DNA of 64,000 bases from Schmidtea polychroa (taxonomy: Eukaryota): contig CM097885.1 in NCBI GenBank assembly GCA_044892525.1, positions 33,048,001 through 33,112,000 on the forward strand, in the 5' to 3' direction. Positions within the stretch are counted from its first letter, which is position 1, and each line of letters opens with the position of its first letter. This document shows, piece after piece, positions 42,065-55,971 of the stretch. The notes beneath the pieces are model-generated. The model did no database searches. It was not told the DNA's origin and saw only the letters and a program-made list of their open reading frames with translations. Made by a program: the position numbers and the translations under genes.

Positions 42065-43282
42065 CTACATTCACTCTTGGTGAATAACTATACTATATTG
42101 ATAATTTATAAACAAATTATAAAATCTATAAATTTTTAAATTATAAATAAAAAATTTTAAATATTTATATTTTTTAAAAATAATTTTAGACTTTTAAAAA
42201 TTATTTAAAAAATATTATTTTAATTATTTTTTTAATTATTTAACATAACTATTATTTAATATACATCAACATACGAAAACTTAATTAAAAACATTCAACA
42301 CAAACGTATTCACTGCATTCTTATCAATAATGCTTCACATATCACACGCTCAAAACAATTATCAAATTTTTTGATAAGATTTTAAAATCAGACATTCATG
42401 ATTCTCTCATACAGACTTTATCGACAGTGTTCTTGAACTCGAGTACAGAGATGACGGGAAGTCTCTCCAATATATGTGGCATTACATCCATTACATGTGA
42501 ATTGATAAACAAGATCCGAACACAATCCAACCGGCGTTTGAGATTTACTAACAAAAATACTACGTAATTTGCATGAAACAATTCTATAATTCAATGTACC
42601 CAACTGTTTATCAATCTTTCTTTTGAAATCTTTATATCCTTCAGAATACGGCAATACCATCGAATATTTTGGCTCATCTTGTTTGTTAGTATCAATATTC
42701 ATATTCACTACATCATTCGACATATCAGTGAATTTACATTCATTCATACTATGATCCTTAGCATTATTCATACATTTATCAACAGTCTCTTTCAACGTGA
42801 ACAATAAAAACCGTTTTGAATAGCCATTCCTCACCAGTAATTCAACTAATTTATCTACACTTTTTACGGAATTTTTAAAAGTGGAAGATAAGCACAATGA
42901 TCGATAAACCAATCCTTTCACCATGTTTCTTTTATATTTAAATTCACAAAAACTCTCTGGGTAGTATAGAGGCCGGTATCTGTTGGTTTTCTGTAAATTT
43001 CTGTCTCATATTGTTCATCTTTGCGTTTAATTAACATGTCAAGAAATGCTATGTATGAATCCTTCTCAGTTTCACATGTGAATTTAATGTTTTTATGCAA
43101 TCATTCATGTAATGCAAAAAAAGGTTTCACATTCAAAATTTCAACATATAATTGATTATTGAAAATTATTTTAAAAAAAATAATTGTTTAAAAATTTTTA
43201 TTTATAATTTAAAATTTATAGATTTTATAACTTGTTTATATAATATCAATATAGTATAGTTATTCATCCGTCGTGAATGTAG

Positions 43283-43325
43283 GTAACCTGATGATGATAG
43301 TGATGCTATCGAAATATATAGTGAA
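43283..43325 (+). ncRNA. Minimal hammerhead ribozyme in the inverted pLTR
   Basis: gtaac CTGATGA t gatag-tgatg-ctatc GAAA tata TA gtgaa: intact core boxes, 5-bp stem II, palindromic stem III. Confidence 0.78.
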
Positions 43326-43740
43326 AAAGGTGTACAAATGGCGATTTTTATTAATAAAATCTTTAACGTGTTTATTTAAGTATTTATTTAAAAAATATAT
43401 TTTTTAATAATTTTTAAATATTATTAGTCTAAACGTAAAACAACTATTAATTGTTTGAATTTAACAATTTTACAAATAATTAATAGTTTTTTTAAGTAAA
43501 GAAATTCAAATTTTTTAATAGTATATTTGGTTAGTTTTGGAAGTAAGAACTGTTTAACGAATCATTTTCGTAAACGTTTAATGAGACAACTTCAAATGAA
43601 GTCAGACTACAAATTCTAAATAAGTTTGGGAAAATTAAAGTTCAAAGAATTAATTAAGAATTGAAAAATAATTTCAAGAAACAGGCATTCTAATCAAATC
43701 GATGAAAATGGTAAAGCGCAACCCAATTGATGGTCTATCC

Positions 43741-43990
43741 CAGTGGTTCTCAACCCGTGTTCCGCAATTACGCTTCAAGTGTTCCGCGAAAAAAATGACA
43801 TTTTATCTTTAAATTTGCATTTAAGATACATATCATCAAAAACCTCAATTAATTTTTTTATAAGATGATTCAATAAGAAAGCCGTTACACAGATATATAA
43901 ACCTACACAGATATATAAACACTCATTGTAAGCAAGTATTTTTTGTCAGTGTTCCGCGTAAAAAAAATCATGTGAATGGTGTCTATCCTG
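43741..43990. mobile_element. hAT MITE remnant
   Basis: Starts cagtggttctcaacc with gtgttccgc subterminal repeats; 8-bp gtctatcc at 43733-43740 and 43991-43998; right TIR largely lost. Confidence 0.55.
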
Positions 43991-45016
43991 GTCTATCCCA
44001 TTAATGAAAATGTCGTTATGACTTTATCTTTATATTTAAAATTGAGCTATAGAAATTTTATTACTGGCAAAATCTTTTTTCGATAATTAAAAGCATTTGT
44101 GTATCTCTGTTTATTTTTTATCATTATTCAAGCTCTTGAATATTACTTTATTAAAAATTTATATTATAGTTTATTTTTAATTACTTTTTTTCAGTATTTA
44201 TAGGAACTTTGTGTTAAATTTTATATTTCATTTTGATTTATTGTAAGTTAAATCAATTTTAAAATATATAAATTATTATAAAGTGTTGTGAATGTTTTTA
44301 AATTGTTTGAGTAGTAAATTGAGGATATGCCCATTGCTTTTTTTTGGTTTCAATTATATTAAATATTGAATTAATATCTAAATAAATTAATTGTAAAAAT
44401 AAATTTCATTTAAAAGATTTTGAAATATTCCTTTGAAAATTATTTATTATTTAAATTTAAATAAAATTAATTTTAAAAATAATAGTAATAATAATAATTT
44501 CGTTATTTGTTTAATATATCGAAATATCTATAGTTTTTCTATTATATCTTATGATGACAGTAAAACTGCCCAAATATAACGTAAATGTTTAAGTAGAAAA
44601 GGAAAACTAAATATAATTTATCAATTAAAATATTTAAGAATTAATAAAAACTTTCATATTTTTTATTAAATAATTTTTATCAAACATCTTTTGCTAATAA
44701 ATTTGCTTTTAAATGAATCGAATAAATTTTGATTATAGAAAAAACAAGGTTAACATTTCAAAATTTAGAAACATGAATATTTGTTTAGGGAAAATGACAT
44801 TTACATGTATTATTGAATCCCTGTATTATTTATCTATATTTCTGGGATTTATTCTCTTATATTTATAATTCAGATTCATGCATATATGCTGTGATTTATA
44901 ATGGAAAACTACGTGTCTAAGTTGTTTTTAATATTTTTCTCCACTCGAAATCTAAATGTATGAATATCTAAATATTACTTACAAGTATAAAATAATGTTA
45001 AAACAATTGTAATATC

Positions 45017-45017
<1 letters not shown>

Positions 45018-45113
<96 letters not shown>
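45018..45113. repeat. (ATT)n microsatellite
   Basis: Perfect trinucleotide run. Confidence 0.95.
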
Positions 45114-45115
<2 letters not shown>

Positions 45116-45390
45116 ACCTGAAAGTCATTACCATGAAGTTGTAGGAAATTGTGATTGTATATGAAATATTGTGTTACAGAGAAATAATTATCTTCGTAAA
45201 TTTATTTTTTTTACCTAATTTATTTTACCTCATTTCATTGCAAGACCACTTCATGGAGTTTTGAATGACAAAAACAATGTGAACCAATGAAATAGTCAAC
45301 AACTTATCATAATAAGATTTTATATTACAGTATAGAGAAAAAATGTCACAATTTAAGAAAAGAAAATATGTAATAGATGAAATGAAAGTA

Positions 45391-45611
45391 CCGTATTTTC
45401 CCGCATATAACCCGCATTCGCAGATAACCGTCATACTCAGATACCCCACAAGTTTTTAAGTTTTGTGTAAAAATTAAGCAATATAGTAAAATAACAAATA
45501 CTTGTAAAAAATGTTTGATATAACCCGCGCTCATATATACCCCGTACCCCCCCCCCCTGTGGGATACGTAAAATTCGGTATAACCCGCGGGTTATATGCG
45601 GGAAAATACGG
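45391..45611. mobile_element. Tc1/mariner-pogo MITE
   Basis: Perfect 25-bp TIR ccgtattttcccgcatataacccgc; TA flanks at both ends. Confidence 0.92.
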
Positions 45612-46550
45612 TAATGTTAAAATAATCAGGAAAAAAACCAATATAAAGAAATTATGTTAAAATGAATCAAAGAGTCATTGAATGTTGAGAAAAATATTCT
45701 ATTGAAGGAAGTTAAACAATCTAAATATATTTAATGTATGTAACAACTATGTATATATGATGAATTGTGTAGATATCAAAATCTTGGTGTCAATTCATTA
45801 AAATATGATTACATTATTAGTTTATAATCATATACAAGTATTATTATAACTTTATATTATATTAACGATTTTATTTTCATATAAAATTTATATATGAATG
45901 TTTAGTTTAACTAACTAGAAAACTTGAAAATAAGAAGAAAAAATCCAGGAGAAAATGTTTCAGAGTAGATAGTGATGGATATTGAATGGGTATCATTGGT
46001 CTCTGAAGTTTCGTACATAGAATCAAGTTTTCGATAAATAAGTCACAGGATTTTTTATATATAAAATTCCACTGTCACTATAAAAGCCAAGATATTTTTA
46101 AGGTCCCAGAATATTTTGTACATAGAATCCAGTTCTCGTTAAAAATCCAAGGTGTTTTAAAGTCTCTAAAATTTTGTACTAGAATTTATGGTCAAATATT
46201 TTGATGAATCGATGGCCACCTGAAATTTTGGTAATTATTTTAAATTAAAGTAAATTAAGGCAATATTTTAAAAATTAAGTAATAGATTTTGATAAATCGA
46301 TGAAATTTGAAAAATAATTAAAAATTAAATAAATTAAAGTAAATTAGGGCAATATTTAATAGATAAGTAATAATTGTCAATACTTAATATTATAAGAACT
46401 TTTTCAAATTTCACCTCTGATTTCTTTTCAAATGACATTGTTTTTATTAAAAAGCTTGACTATGAATCAGTAAATATATCGATGTTTTATTTGATATTCA
46501 CAAATTTTACTTATTTTTTATGTATTATTTTAAAAATAAGTAATAGATTT

Positions 46551-49500
46551 TATTAGCCACAGAGCTACGGGTATTAATAGAATCCATAACTAAAACTATA
46601 TTAACACGTTTAATATTAAAATACAAATATTATTAAAACAAATTATAACGTTAATTTGTTTGAGGAGTTTCGAAAAAATAATAATTAATGTATAAGTAAA
46701 GATTTCAACATACAATTAAACATGCACAACATCATATCATTATTTTAATACAAATTACAAAACGCCTCACATCCCCCCTTTTAAAAACCTTTAACCACTC
46801 AATATTTCTCGTGATGGAAATTCCATTTTCCAATTTTATTTCATAACTTTGATCATGAACCTTTTTAGTAATCACACCTGGACCCATGTATCTGTTATCA
46901 CCTTTATTTCGAACATTTACTTTGATCAATACGCAATCTCCAATTTGAAATTCGCGATTTGTCGTCTGATTGATTTTTTCTTCTTCTACAATCTCTGAGA
47001 ACCATTTACTATAAATCTTTTTCCCAAACACCATTTCAGCTGGAGTCTTCCTAATAGTTTTTTGAAAAGTTGAATTCAACATAAGCTGAACTTCGGGAAA
47101 AACATCTACGCATGATTTATGTCTTTTATCTTTGAGTTTTATCTGTAATTATTATCTCTAATTATACGGAATTGGCTCTCAATCTGTCCATTTGCTGAGT
47201 GATGGTATGGACTTGAATAATTAATTTAAATATTATGAAATTCTGCAAAATCTATCCTTAGCTTTGATTCAAATGATTAACCTCTGTCACAGTTTATTAT
47301 CGTTGGTGCTCCAAACTTCATTATCCACTCTTCTTTCAGTAATCTTACCACTGTTTTTGCATCTTGCAATTTCACTGCATGTAAAAAAATAAACTTACTA
47401 TGATGATGTATAATCCCATGAATACATCTTTCTCCTCTCATTGCAAGTTGTAATGGACCACTAAAATCTTCATAGATTGTTTCAAATAATTTCGAATCAC
47501 TTTTGCAAATTATTTCTTCTTTTGTTTTAGTTGTATCAACCTTTATTTTCTGACAGTTTTCACAGGCTTGTAAAACATTACGAATAGATTGCTCCAAATC
47601 TTTAATATTAAAATTGTTTGATACATACATTTTTACTTTTTTAGCACCCGCATGACAGAGCTTTTTATGATATTCTATGATGAATTTGGACTATTATTTG
47701 TCATAATCACTCCACTGACATATTTAAAAAATGTTTTATCTGGCATCATACTAATATTTTCTTTTATATTTTCTATTTCTTTCGAGTTCTTTTGCCATAT
47801 ATTTTCAATATTATCAGTCATCAGTGTCAACAATCTTGTTTTTAATTTACTCATTTTAGGATTTCATGAATCATTTGTCATTGAACACATGTTTCATATT
47901 CTTTTCTAGATAAAGCGTCGGCATTATTGTGGTTATCACCTTTTCTGTTATGGTTTTCACCTTTTTGAATCTCCATGTCCAGACCATTAAGATGGTTAAT
48001 CCAAGTTTGAAATTGTGGGGTAATAGCTGTCTTTGTCTTCATCATAAATGTAATGGCTTTGTGATCCGTCCTCAAAATAAACTTTTTACCATATAGATAA
48101 TGCTTAAAATGGCCAGTAAAATAAAATATAGATAGTAATTCTTTTCTTGTTGTACAATAACCCAGTTCGTGTTTATTCATAGCTCGGGATCCATGTGCGA
48201 TTACTCTTTCTTTATTTTCATCTTTTGGAAACAGCACAGCACCGATGCGATCAAAACTTGCATCTGTATCCAAAATAAATGGTTAGAATGAATGACCTAG
48301 AAATATCTGGGAACTTTAATACAAGTGTAGACGTTAATTTCAATTTTAAATTTTGAAAGGAGGTTTCACACTCATCAGTCCACATAAGGTTCTTTTGTTT
48401 ACTTCCACATAACGCTTCTAATACTTTGGAATCTTTGGTGTAATTTCCTATAAATCTGCGATAGTAATTTGGCAAGCCTAAAAATCCTCTCAAACATTTT
48501 ACGCATTTTGGTCTTTTAAAAATTTTTAATAATTTCTATATTGCTTTCATCCGTACGTATTCCATTTTCACCAATGATATGACCCAAATATTTTACTTCT
48601 TTCCTTTTGAATTGACATTTTGCTGGACTTATTTTAAGATTTGCTAATTTAATCTTTTGAAAAACCCTTTCAAGGGTGCTATATTGTTAATTCAATGTCT
48701 TTGAAAATATAAGGATATCATTCAGATATACAATTGTTCCATTCCAATTTAATTCTCCGAGAATCAAATTCATAAGTCTTTGAAATGCTGCCGGTGCGGC
48801 CGTTAATCCAAATGGCATTCTGTTAAAGTAATATTGCTTGGTTTTTGTCGAAATTGCTGTTTTGATGCATCATCGAGTTCTACTTGATAATAAGCATTGC
48901 CTAAATCAACTGTCGAGAAAAACTTTGATCCGTCAAGAATATCTAATAATTCATCTGTATTTGGAATGGGAAAAATCGGTCTTTCTGTTATATTATTTAA
49001 AACACGGTAGTCCAAGCATATTCTTATATCACTACTGGAGATGTATATTCTGATATAATGCCATATTTCAACATTTCTTGAATATTTTCTTCAATTTTTT
49101 TGGTTGTCGCCTTGGGTTTATTACAATCAGATTATCTTTAGTAAGTATTTCATGCTTTAATAGTTCGGTTTTCCCAACATCTCATTTATGTTTCATAAAA
49201 ATGCCGTCAAACGTGGAAATTAAATTATTTATTATCTTATCTTCACTCCTGTGGTTATTAAATGACTTTTCTATAATTGTATTTATTTCGTCTTCACAAT
49301 TTTCTATTTGCTATTGCATTCCAAGTCTTTCGAGAAAATCCATACCTCCTATTAAGTTTGGGTTTATATCTTTGGCTACAACGAATTCTACTTTTTTAAT
49401 TTCAGAAATTTTATCAACTTTTACATTTAATAAAGTTTTACTGCAAATTTCAATCGGGCTATCATTCGCGCATCTTAATTTTAAATTACTTGTAGTCATA

Positions 49501-49720
49501 TTCGAATTTCCAAGTTTTTTTAAAAATATTATAATCAATCACACTTAATTTAGCTCCAGTATCTAATAGGCATACTAGTTTTACATTATTAATCATCACG
49601 GTAACACTGGGCCTTCCCTGCATTTTATCTATACTATTATATCATTCCGTTTATCACGATTAAAAACATTTATTTCATTAGAAGTTAAAGGTGGGTCTTT
49701 AAAAAGTTCATCCATACAAA
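46551..49720 (-). mobile_element. Decayed Ty3/Gypsy element: protease-RT-RNase H-integrase and 3' LTR; gag and 5' LTR absent from the window
   Basis: CLLDTGAKLSVI protease; DYRVLN..FPIPNTDELLD..FSTVDLGNAYYQV and RGFLGLPNYYRRFI RT; DTDAS..FILRTDHKA RNase H; integrase to FKRG; PPT aaaaggggga then LTR tgtgagg... from 46771 to about 46551; many stops and frameshifts. Confidence 0.9.
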
Positions 49721-49861
49721 ATTTATTAATGTATATTATTAGTATAATTTATATAATCAAAGTAGATGGATTGGGCACCGCTAGAACAGGACTCCGCTGG
49801 CACAATACCCCCCCCCCCCGGGCGTAAAAATTTTTTCTAAGTCTAAAAGTACATTTATTTT

Positions 49862-50280
49862 TCAAGGTCAACTGTAGAACAAAGACATATGACTCATCAA
49901 GGTCATTGAAACAAAGACCATGACTCATCCTATGACTCATTAAATTTTCAAGGTCAACTGTAGAACAAAGACATATGACTCATCAAGGTCAATATTTTTT
50001 CAAGGTCATTTAAACAAAGACCATGGCTCATTCAAGGTCATTCTCAAGGTCATATGACTCATTCAAGGTCATTATCAAGGTCATATGATTCATACTATGA
50101 CTCATCAAATTTCTCAAGGTCAACTGTAGAACAAAGACATATGACTCATCAAGGTAAAAAAATTTTTCAAGGTCATCTGAGTCATCATGTGACTCACCAA
50201 GGTCATTTTCAAGGTCGCGTGACTCACCCAAGGTCATTCCCAAGGTCAGATGAGTCATCGCGATGAGTCATCAAGGTCAT
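49862..50280. repeat. Subterminal array of YCAAGGTCA and TGA(C/G)TCA motifs
   Basis: By eye about 15 YCAAGGTCA and about 12 TGASTCA in ~420 bp, built from duplicated units such as caaggtcaactgtagaacaaagacatatgactcatcaaggtca. Confidence 0.9.
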
Positions 50281-50481
50281 ATTATTATTTTTAAAAATAT
50301 TATTATTTTTAAAAATATTATTATTTTTATTATTATTTTTAAAAAATATTATTATTTTATTTTTAATTTTTTAAAGGTTCCCGCCAACGAGAACTATTCA
50401 TCAATAGCTCATATTAAAGCTCAATCCAAGACCTTTCGAATTAGCCATATATCCTGTTACTCCGATTATTAGTTCTAAAGA

Positions 50482-50596
<115 letters not shown>

Positions 50597-50785
50597 ATTA
50601 TTAGTATTAATCTATATACTCCGAGTCTATCCGACAAAATATTTTGTCCCCCTATGGGTAATGCTCACAAGGGTACTGCTCACGCTCAACAACTCACAAG
50701 GGTATTATTAAACAAATCAACAAAACATACATTTATTTAAACAATAAAATAATGTAAAATTAACAAAGGTAAACTAAATATTGAT

Positions 50786-51435
50786 TTACATGTATATAGT
50801 ATGATATTCATTAATCAGTGTTGAACAGGCTTGACACTTGTGAACATTCTTCTCGTGACACTTAGAACAAACAATTACGTGACCACGCGGTAAATACAAA
50901 ACCGAAACTTGATTTTCTTTACAAATTGAACAAGTTAAATACCTTCTCTTAACATCGTTCAGTTTTTTCGTTAGCTTATTTTTAATCAAATCGGCTTTTG
51001 TTATCCATTCATAAATCAATCTACTATATCCCGGTTTCAACCTTAAATACATACAACTCCAAAAGTATTCATTCATTGAATCGTTGTTTACCGTTATTTT
51101 TTCTAAATGCATTAAATAACTAGATAACTTTAAAATAGATTTATCATAATTAAATAAATCCTTCAAATATTCAATAGAGGAATGTTTGAAAATTTTTAAA
51201 ATATTTATAATTTGCTTATCATGATTTAAGTATCATAATTATTTATAAAATCTTCAACTGTATTGTTAAAAAATTTCGATGAACGCTTATCTTCGGAATA
51301 GGTTGGACTTAATTTTTCTTTATTTCTAGTAGGACTTCCTTGCTATAAATGTCATATATAAAAATATTGACAAAATAATAATGTTACCAAATGATTTACA
51401 CATTCATATTCATCAGTTATATTTGTAGAAATCAT
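50786..51435 (-). pseudogene. IAP-type C-terminal RING finger protein of the Polinton (predicted two exons, decayed)
   Basis: CSIC..LPRGH..CSKC..CQAC, with the third Cys reading Arg (CGT); predicted ATG at 51435, 45-nt GT-AG intron 51343-51387 holding an in-frame TGA; 1-nt frameshift near 51230. Confidence 0.65.
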
Positions 51436-51621
51436 CAGTAATAAATTTCTTAATGACTAAATTACTTTTGTTTTTACATTTATAAAAATTGAGATAGCCA
51501 ATCAAATTAGAGTTTTCAAAATGTAGAAATTGTAACCATGGTTGAACCTTCAAATGTGTAAGTAATATCATATTGTATAACAATAATAAGCATGACTAGT
51601 ACCCTCGCAACCAGTTGAAAG

Positions 51622-51685
<64 letters not shown>

Positions 51686-51967
51686 ATAAGAGAGATGTAG
51701 TTGCATGCTCACTGCAAACTACTGTTAGAAATTATTTTCTCGTATACCAAATATAAAAACATTACAAGTTCTCAAAAATAAAAATTTTTACCAATAATAT
51801 CCTTTCTATGCTGAAACATTTTCGATAATTTTATATGAAAAATATAATGTTTAAACATAAAAAGAATCGTGAAAACTATAACGAGTTTTCAATAAAATAT
51901 ATACATTATAAAAGAATACAAATCAATAAAAACATTTTTTTTTAAAAAGATATATTAATATATCACA

Positions 51968-54900
51968 TTAGTCAGATAAAATGACATCATCAATGTCAGT
52001 AACATCATCATTGTTTATTGGACTGTCCTGATCATCGAAAGATGGGCTTTCTCCACCAAAAAGCGGTCCAATCTCTTCATGAGTAAATACCTGGCCAGCA
52101 TCAGTTTCCTCAAATCCTAAATAATGTCCATATGCCAGACTGGTATTAGGCCCCACCCATAGTCTCTTGTCATCGTTGTTCGGCAAGGCTATTTTACTGT
52201 TCTTGAAAGTAAAGAGCTGATGGTTTCTAGTACCTATTCTCGTTTGTGGCACCGTATATACTACGCTGTTGTTGTAGCAGTCTAAATATGACTGGTGCCC
52301 TATCTCTGTATTACCAAGCTGAACTCCCTTAGCCCTAAGTGTTGCCTTATCTCCTAACAAACTATAACACTTAGGGCGCAAGAAACCCACTCCTTATAAC
52401 CAAGCCCTTTACTTTCATCCTTAAATTTCCCTATCACAGAATCCAAACTCTTTGAATACAAAGGATGAGCAGGATCATAATTACTAGTATCTAGAAGATT
52501 ATCACGAATCATTGCCGGCAAAAGAGTGTCAAGCTTACAGTGCTTTATCTCTAAGAAAAATGAGTCGGTGTCGCCGGCAACGATATTTTTATCACAGTTG
52601 AACTCTAAACGATATTTTGCCAATTCTTTATACTGTAACTGGTACATCCTCAGTTTAGACAGGTCTAGCACAGATTGGCCAATGTAGCTAGGCCTGTCTA
52701 AACATATAGAATCCTTATATAGATGTGCAGCAATCAAGTCATCAGCAATTTTGATTGATTTCTTGAAAGTCGGCTTTGAAGCATATACAATCATCTTTTC
52801 AGCTGAATTGCATAGCCTCAAATTCATCCGTTTTTTAAGGTTTTCCACGGATTTCCCATACAGACTATTATTAAATAATTTATATAAATCTCTATGCAGC
52901 TCGCATGTAGATTTTGAGCGCAAATTTGTATTAGTCGATATGTAATCTTTAAAAATGGGTGCATGTTTAAATTTAATTGCCCCATGTACATTTTTAATTA
53001 AAGCCCCCAATTCAATATACAATTTGAGAAGTCGCCAATGAAGAACATGGTTCTTCTTCGGCCAATGCGTGAGCATCAGCTTCTCAACTTTTGAATCTGG
53101 CGGGCACATTTTTTCCGGAGCAATCGGAAAATCATTCAAAAATTCATGTAAGCAATCAGGGATATCGATATCAACCTCCATAGTATAGCCATATGGAAGG
53201 TTATCAATATCAACATTCATACATTCATACAATACAGAATCAAGGTCATCATACACCCATTCAAAATCACCATACGGAAGATTTTGGCTTAAGGCCCAAC
53301 CATACAAGTTGTTTATATCTATATACAAGAGTTCTGTGTCTTCAGAACTTACAACATAATGTTTGTTAACAAATGTTAACCCACCCCGTATCCCTCCTTC
53401 ATAGAAATTAAACATTTCCATGTCCTGTTAAAGTTCAATGGGTTCCTTTAATGTCATAAGCGCTGAGGCCCATGACATACCGGGAATGCCATAAAAATTT
53501 AGAGGCTCAAGACCATTGTATACAATGGCCTTTTCACGGAATTGTGTAAAATAATCTGCGAGGAGAAACACATCAAGTTTAAGGTATGTTAACATATAGT
53601 CTAACATATTGTTGCAATTTTGTTGAGTCCAAATAACTTGGGCTAATTCATATTCATCATTAGACACAGAATCCCAAATAGGAGGCAATTCAAGAGTTGA
53701 TTCCAGGACCTCAAGAGATGTAGCGAAGTCATAAGGGAAGATACCTTTGGCTCGAACAATTGCGCCATCAAAAACAGAAGAAGTTAAAGGCAGATCGGAA
53801 AGAGTCTTAACTGCTTTTGCTAAAGATGAATTAACAAACTGCATGCTGTCAATAAAACGAACAGGCAATTTGTTAATGTACGCGATGAGAGAGATAAATT
53901 TTTCCGTAGTGGTTGGAATAATATTCAATTCCCAAGAAGGAAAATTATTCAAACCATACTTCAAAATATGATGGAGGTCATATCCCCTCAAATTGTGAAA
54001 TACAACAGGTAAATGTCTCTGAATTCTGCGAGACACATTACATTTCCTACAGGCAGCACCAAGATACTTACCTGTGAAGTGACAATGGTCCCTAACTCTA
54101 TCTCTAATAAATTTTTTACAAAGATAGCAGGTCCTGGAATTATAAAAGGCACGATCTTCAGCGAAAGACAAGGTTTGCATAGGCTTATTACCGTTAATTT
54201 CGTAATATGGCAGGACAATTGTGACAGCAATTTCCTCCACCTTATGCAAGAAAGACAACACGCAATCCTCACCAACAAACTCATAATAAAATCTAGTTTT
54301 GTTATAATTGATAATTAGTAACATGCCTGCTGTTATTGGCATGTGTTTTTGATGGTGGGTGATATCCTCAGGTAAAATCGCCTCAAAATCGGCATATATC
54401 ACGAATGGCGGGGTTACTGTTTTTGCATAGTTTGAGAATATTAAATTTTTCTCTTTCGGTAATGTATATAAAGTAGAACCTATTTGATTCTTACGGCATA
54501 GGTCTACATGGATATCATAAGCGCTCCTATGTCTGAAGCCATTAAGGCAATGTGGGCACCATTTGACGCGAATCCAAAGGTGACAGGAGCTATTTGAGTG
54601 TGAATTCATAAGTTTTTGAAGATCAAAAACTGCGGTGTAATGAAAATTATCACCGTCTTCTAATAATAATGAATATATGGGGTTACCATCTATAACCTTA
54701 GATCGGTGAATAATATCTAACTGGGGATGATGAGGGATATAATCATCATCATTGTTGATAGGTTTCGCTGGTTTATTTCTATATATTAAAACGTTAATAG
54801 CTAAGTTAAGTTCACGGTTTTTGCGTTCGAATTTAGGTATGTTACTTAATCTCATCGGGCAATCACTAATGGGGTCAAAATTAATTTCATTCAAATAATT

Positions 54901-55643
54901 TTGGTAAGCACTAACTCGATGCTTATTTCTGCGTATAACATCACGGTTTAAGAGGGCTAGAACGCTATATATAAAACACATATCATCATCTGTGTTCTGG
55001 ATATTGACAATAGCTTTTTTAGACTTTAAAGCCGCTGGGGTGGGGATATAACTATGTCCAGCTAACCTATTCATAATCTTATACTTATTTATTATGAAGT
55101 CAATTTCTTTTATTTTAACAACCCGCCATCCGCTACCTAAATATGTGAATTTTTCTATCTTATTATTTAATTTAGTGATGCCATTGATTAAAATGTTTTC
55201 TGAAAAAACTTCGGCGTTATTGGAAAAGAAATTATCCTTTAATTCGCCATCTTTCTCAAATTGTATGAGAACCGTGAACTGAATTTTAACGGGCCCCATA
55301 CCGTTCATTTCTGATACTAGTTTTTGAATAATTTTTGGTGTTATTGCTATCTGTACTAAGGCGTCTTTCTCCACGTCAAACCTTAGATTTTTTCTAGCCC
55401 CTTAAAATCTAATTCTATTTCTGGCTCGTCGTCTATATCGACTGAACCGCCTATTTGATTATTATTTAGGATATTATTTAGGTTATTATCTATTTCATCA
55501 CCACCATCATTAACTTTAACAATTTTAGATGGAACACAAGACCCAGGACTAACAGCAGGCCGTTTTTTATTTTTAATTAGATTATTATTTACATTATTAT
55601 TATTTACATTATTATTATTTACATTTTGTGCTGTGCTATTCAC
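51968..55643 (-). pseudogene. Protein-primed family B DNA polymerase (pPolB), disrupted
   Basis: Exonuclease motifs IYADFE, FHNLRGYDLH, YLKLDV; EndoVII-like CYLC..DHCHFTG..ACRKCN; polymerase motifs YIDINNLYG, KLFNNSLYGK, GDTDS, LRPKCY; in-frame TAA at 53428 and frameshifts near 52385 and 55390. Confidence 0.95.
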
Positions 55644-55971
55644 ATTTTATTTTTATATATAGTTTTGATATGTTCTGTATTATTATTTACATTTTGTGCT
55701 GTGCTATTCACATTTTTTTTATATACAGTTTTGATATGTTCTGTATTATTTAACTCATTAAAAAGCCTCTTTTTATTTGAAGGAAACTGATTTAGATGTT
55801 TATTATGTATATTATAAAAATCTATATATTTTATAGGTTGGGAAGTCTGGCATAGTGGGCATAAATAGTATTTGATTCCATAGAATTTATGCCCATAGTA
55901 TTTTTTCATGTTTTTGTGACATACTTTAGTATGCCCAGTCGAAGAAACGCAATAGCGAGGATATAATTTGC
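55640..55971 (-). CDS. Cys/His-containing segment upstream of pPolB, probably its extreme N-terminus or a spliced exon
   Basis: Open frame from AG acceptor at 55972 (KLYPRYCVSSTGHTKVCHKNMKK..CPLC..HNKH); a ~65-bp tandem duplication at about 55612-55750 shifts the frame into 55383-55643. Confidence 0.45.

Larger units (their letters stand above)
42003..43344 (-). mobile_element. Penelope-like retroelement (RT C-terminus plus GIY-YIG) flanked by inverted pLTR copies
   Basis: IKFTCETEKDSYIAFLDMLI..YRKPTDTGLY, NGYS, LPY, VYQFTCNGCNATYIGETSRHL; 42003-42160 and 43188-43344 are inverted repeats, each with a hammerhead. Confidence 0.92.

Noticed and set aside
49860..50280. CRISPR-like repeat-spacer reading of the caaggtca array, and its short ORFs
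   Set aside because: Spacers are themselves duplicated and irregular, the context is eukaryotic and no cas genes are present; ORFs are repeat by-products
52354..55400. Programmed frameshifting or read-through in pPolB
   Set aside because: Multiple independent lesions across pPolB, penton and RING are better explained by decay or assembly indels
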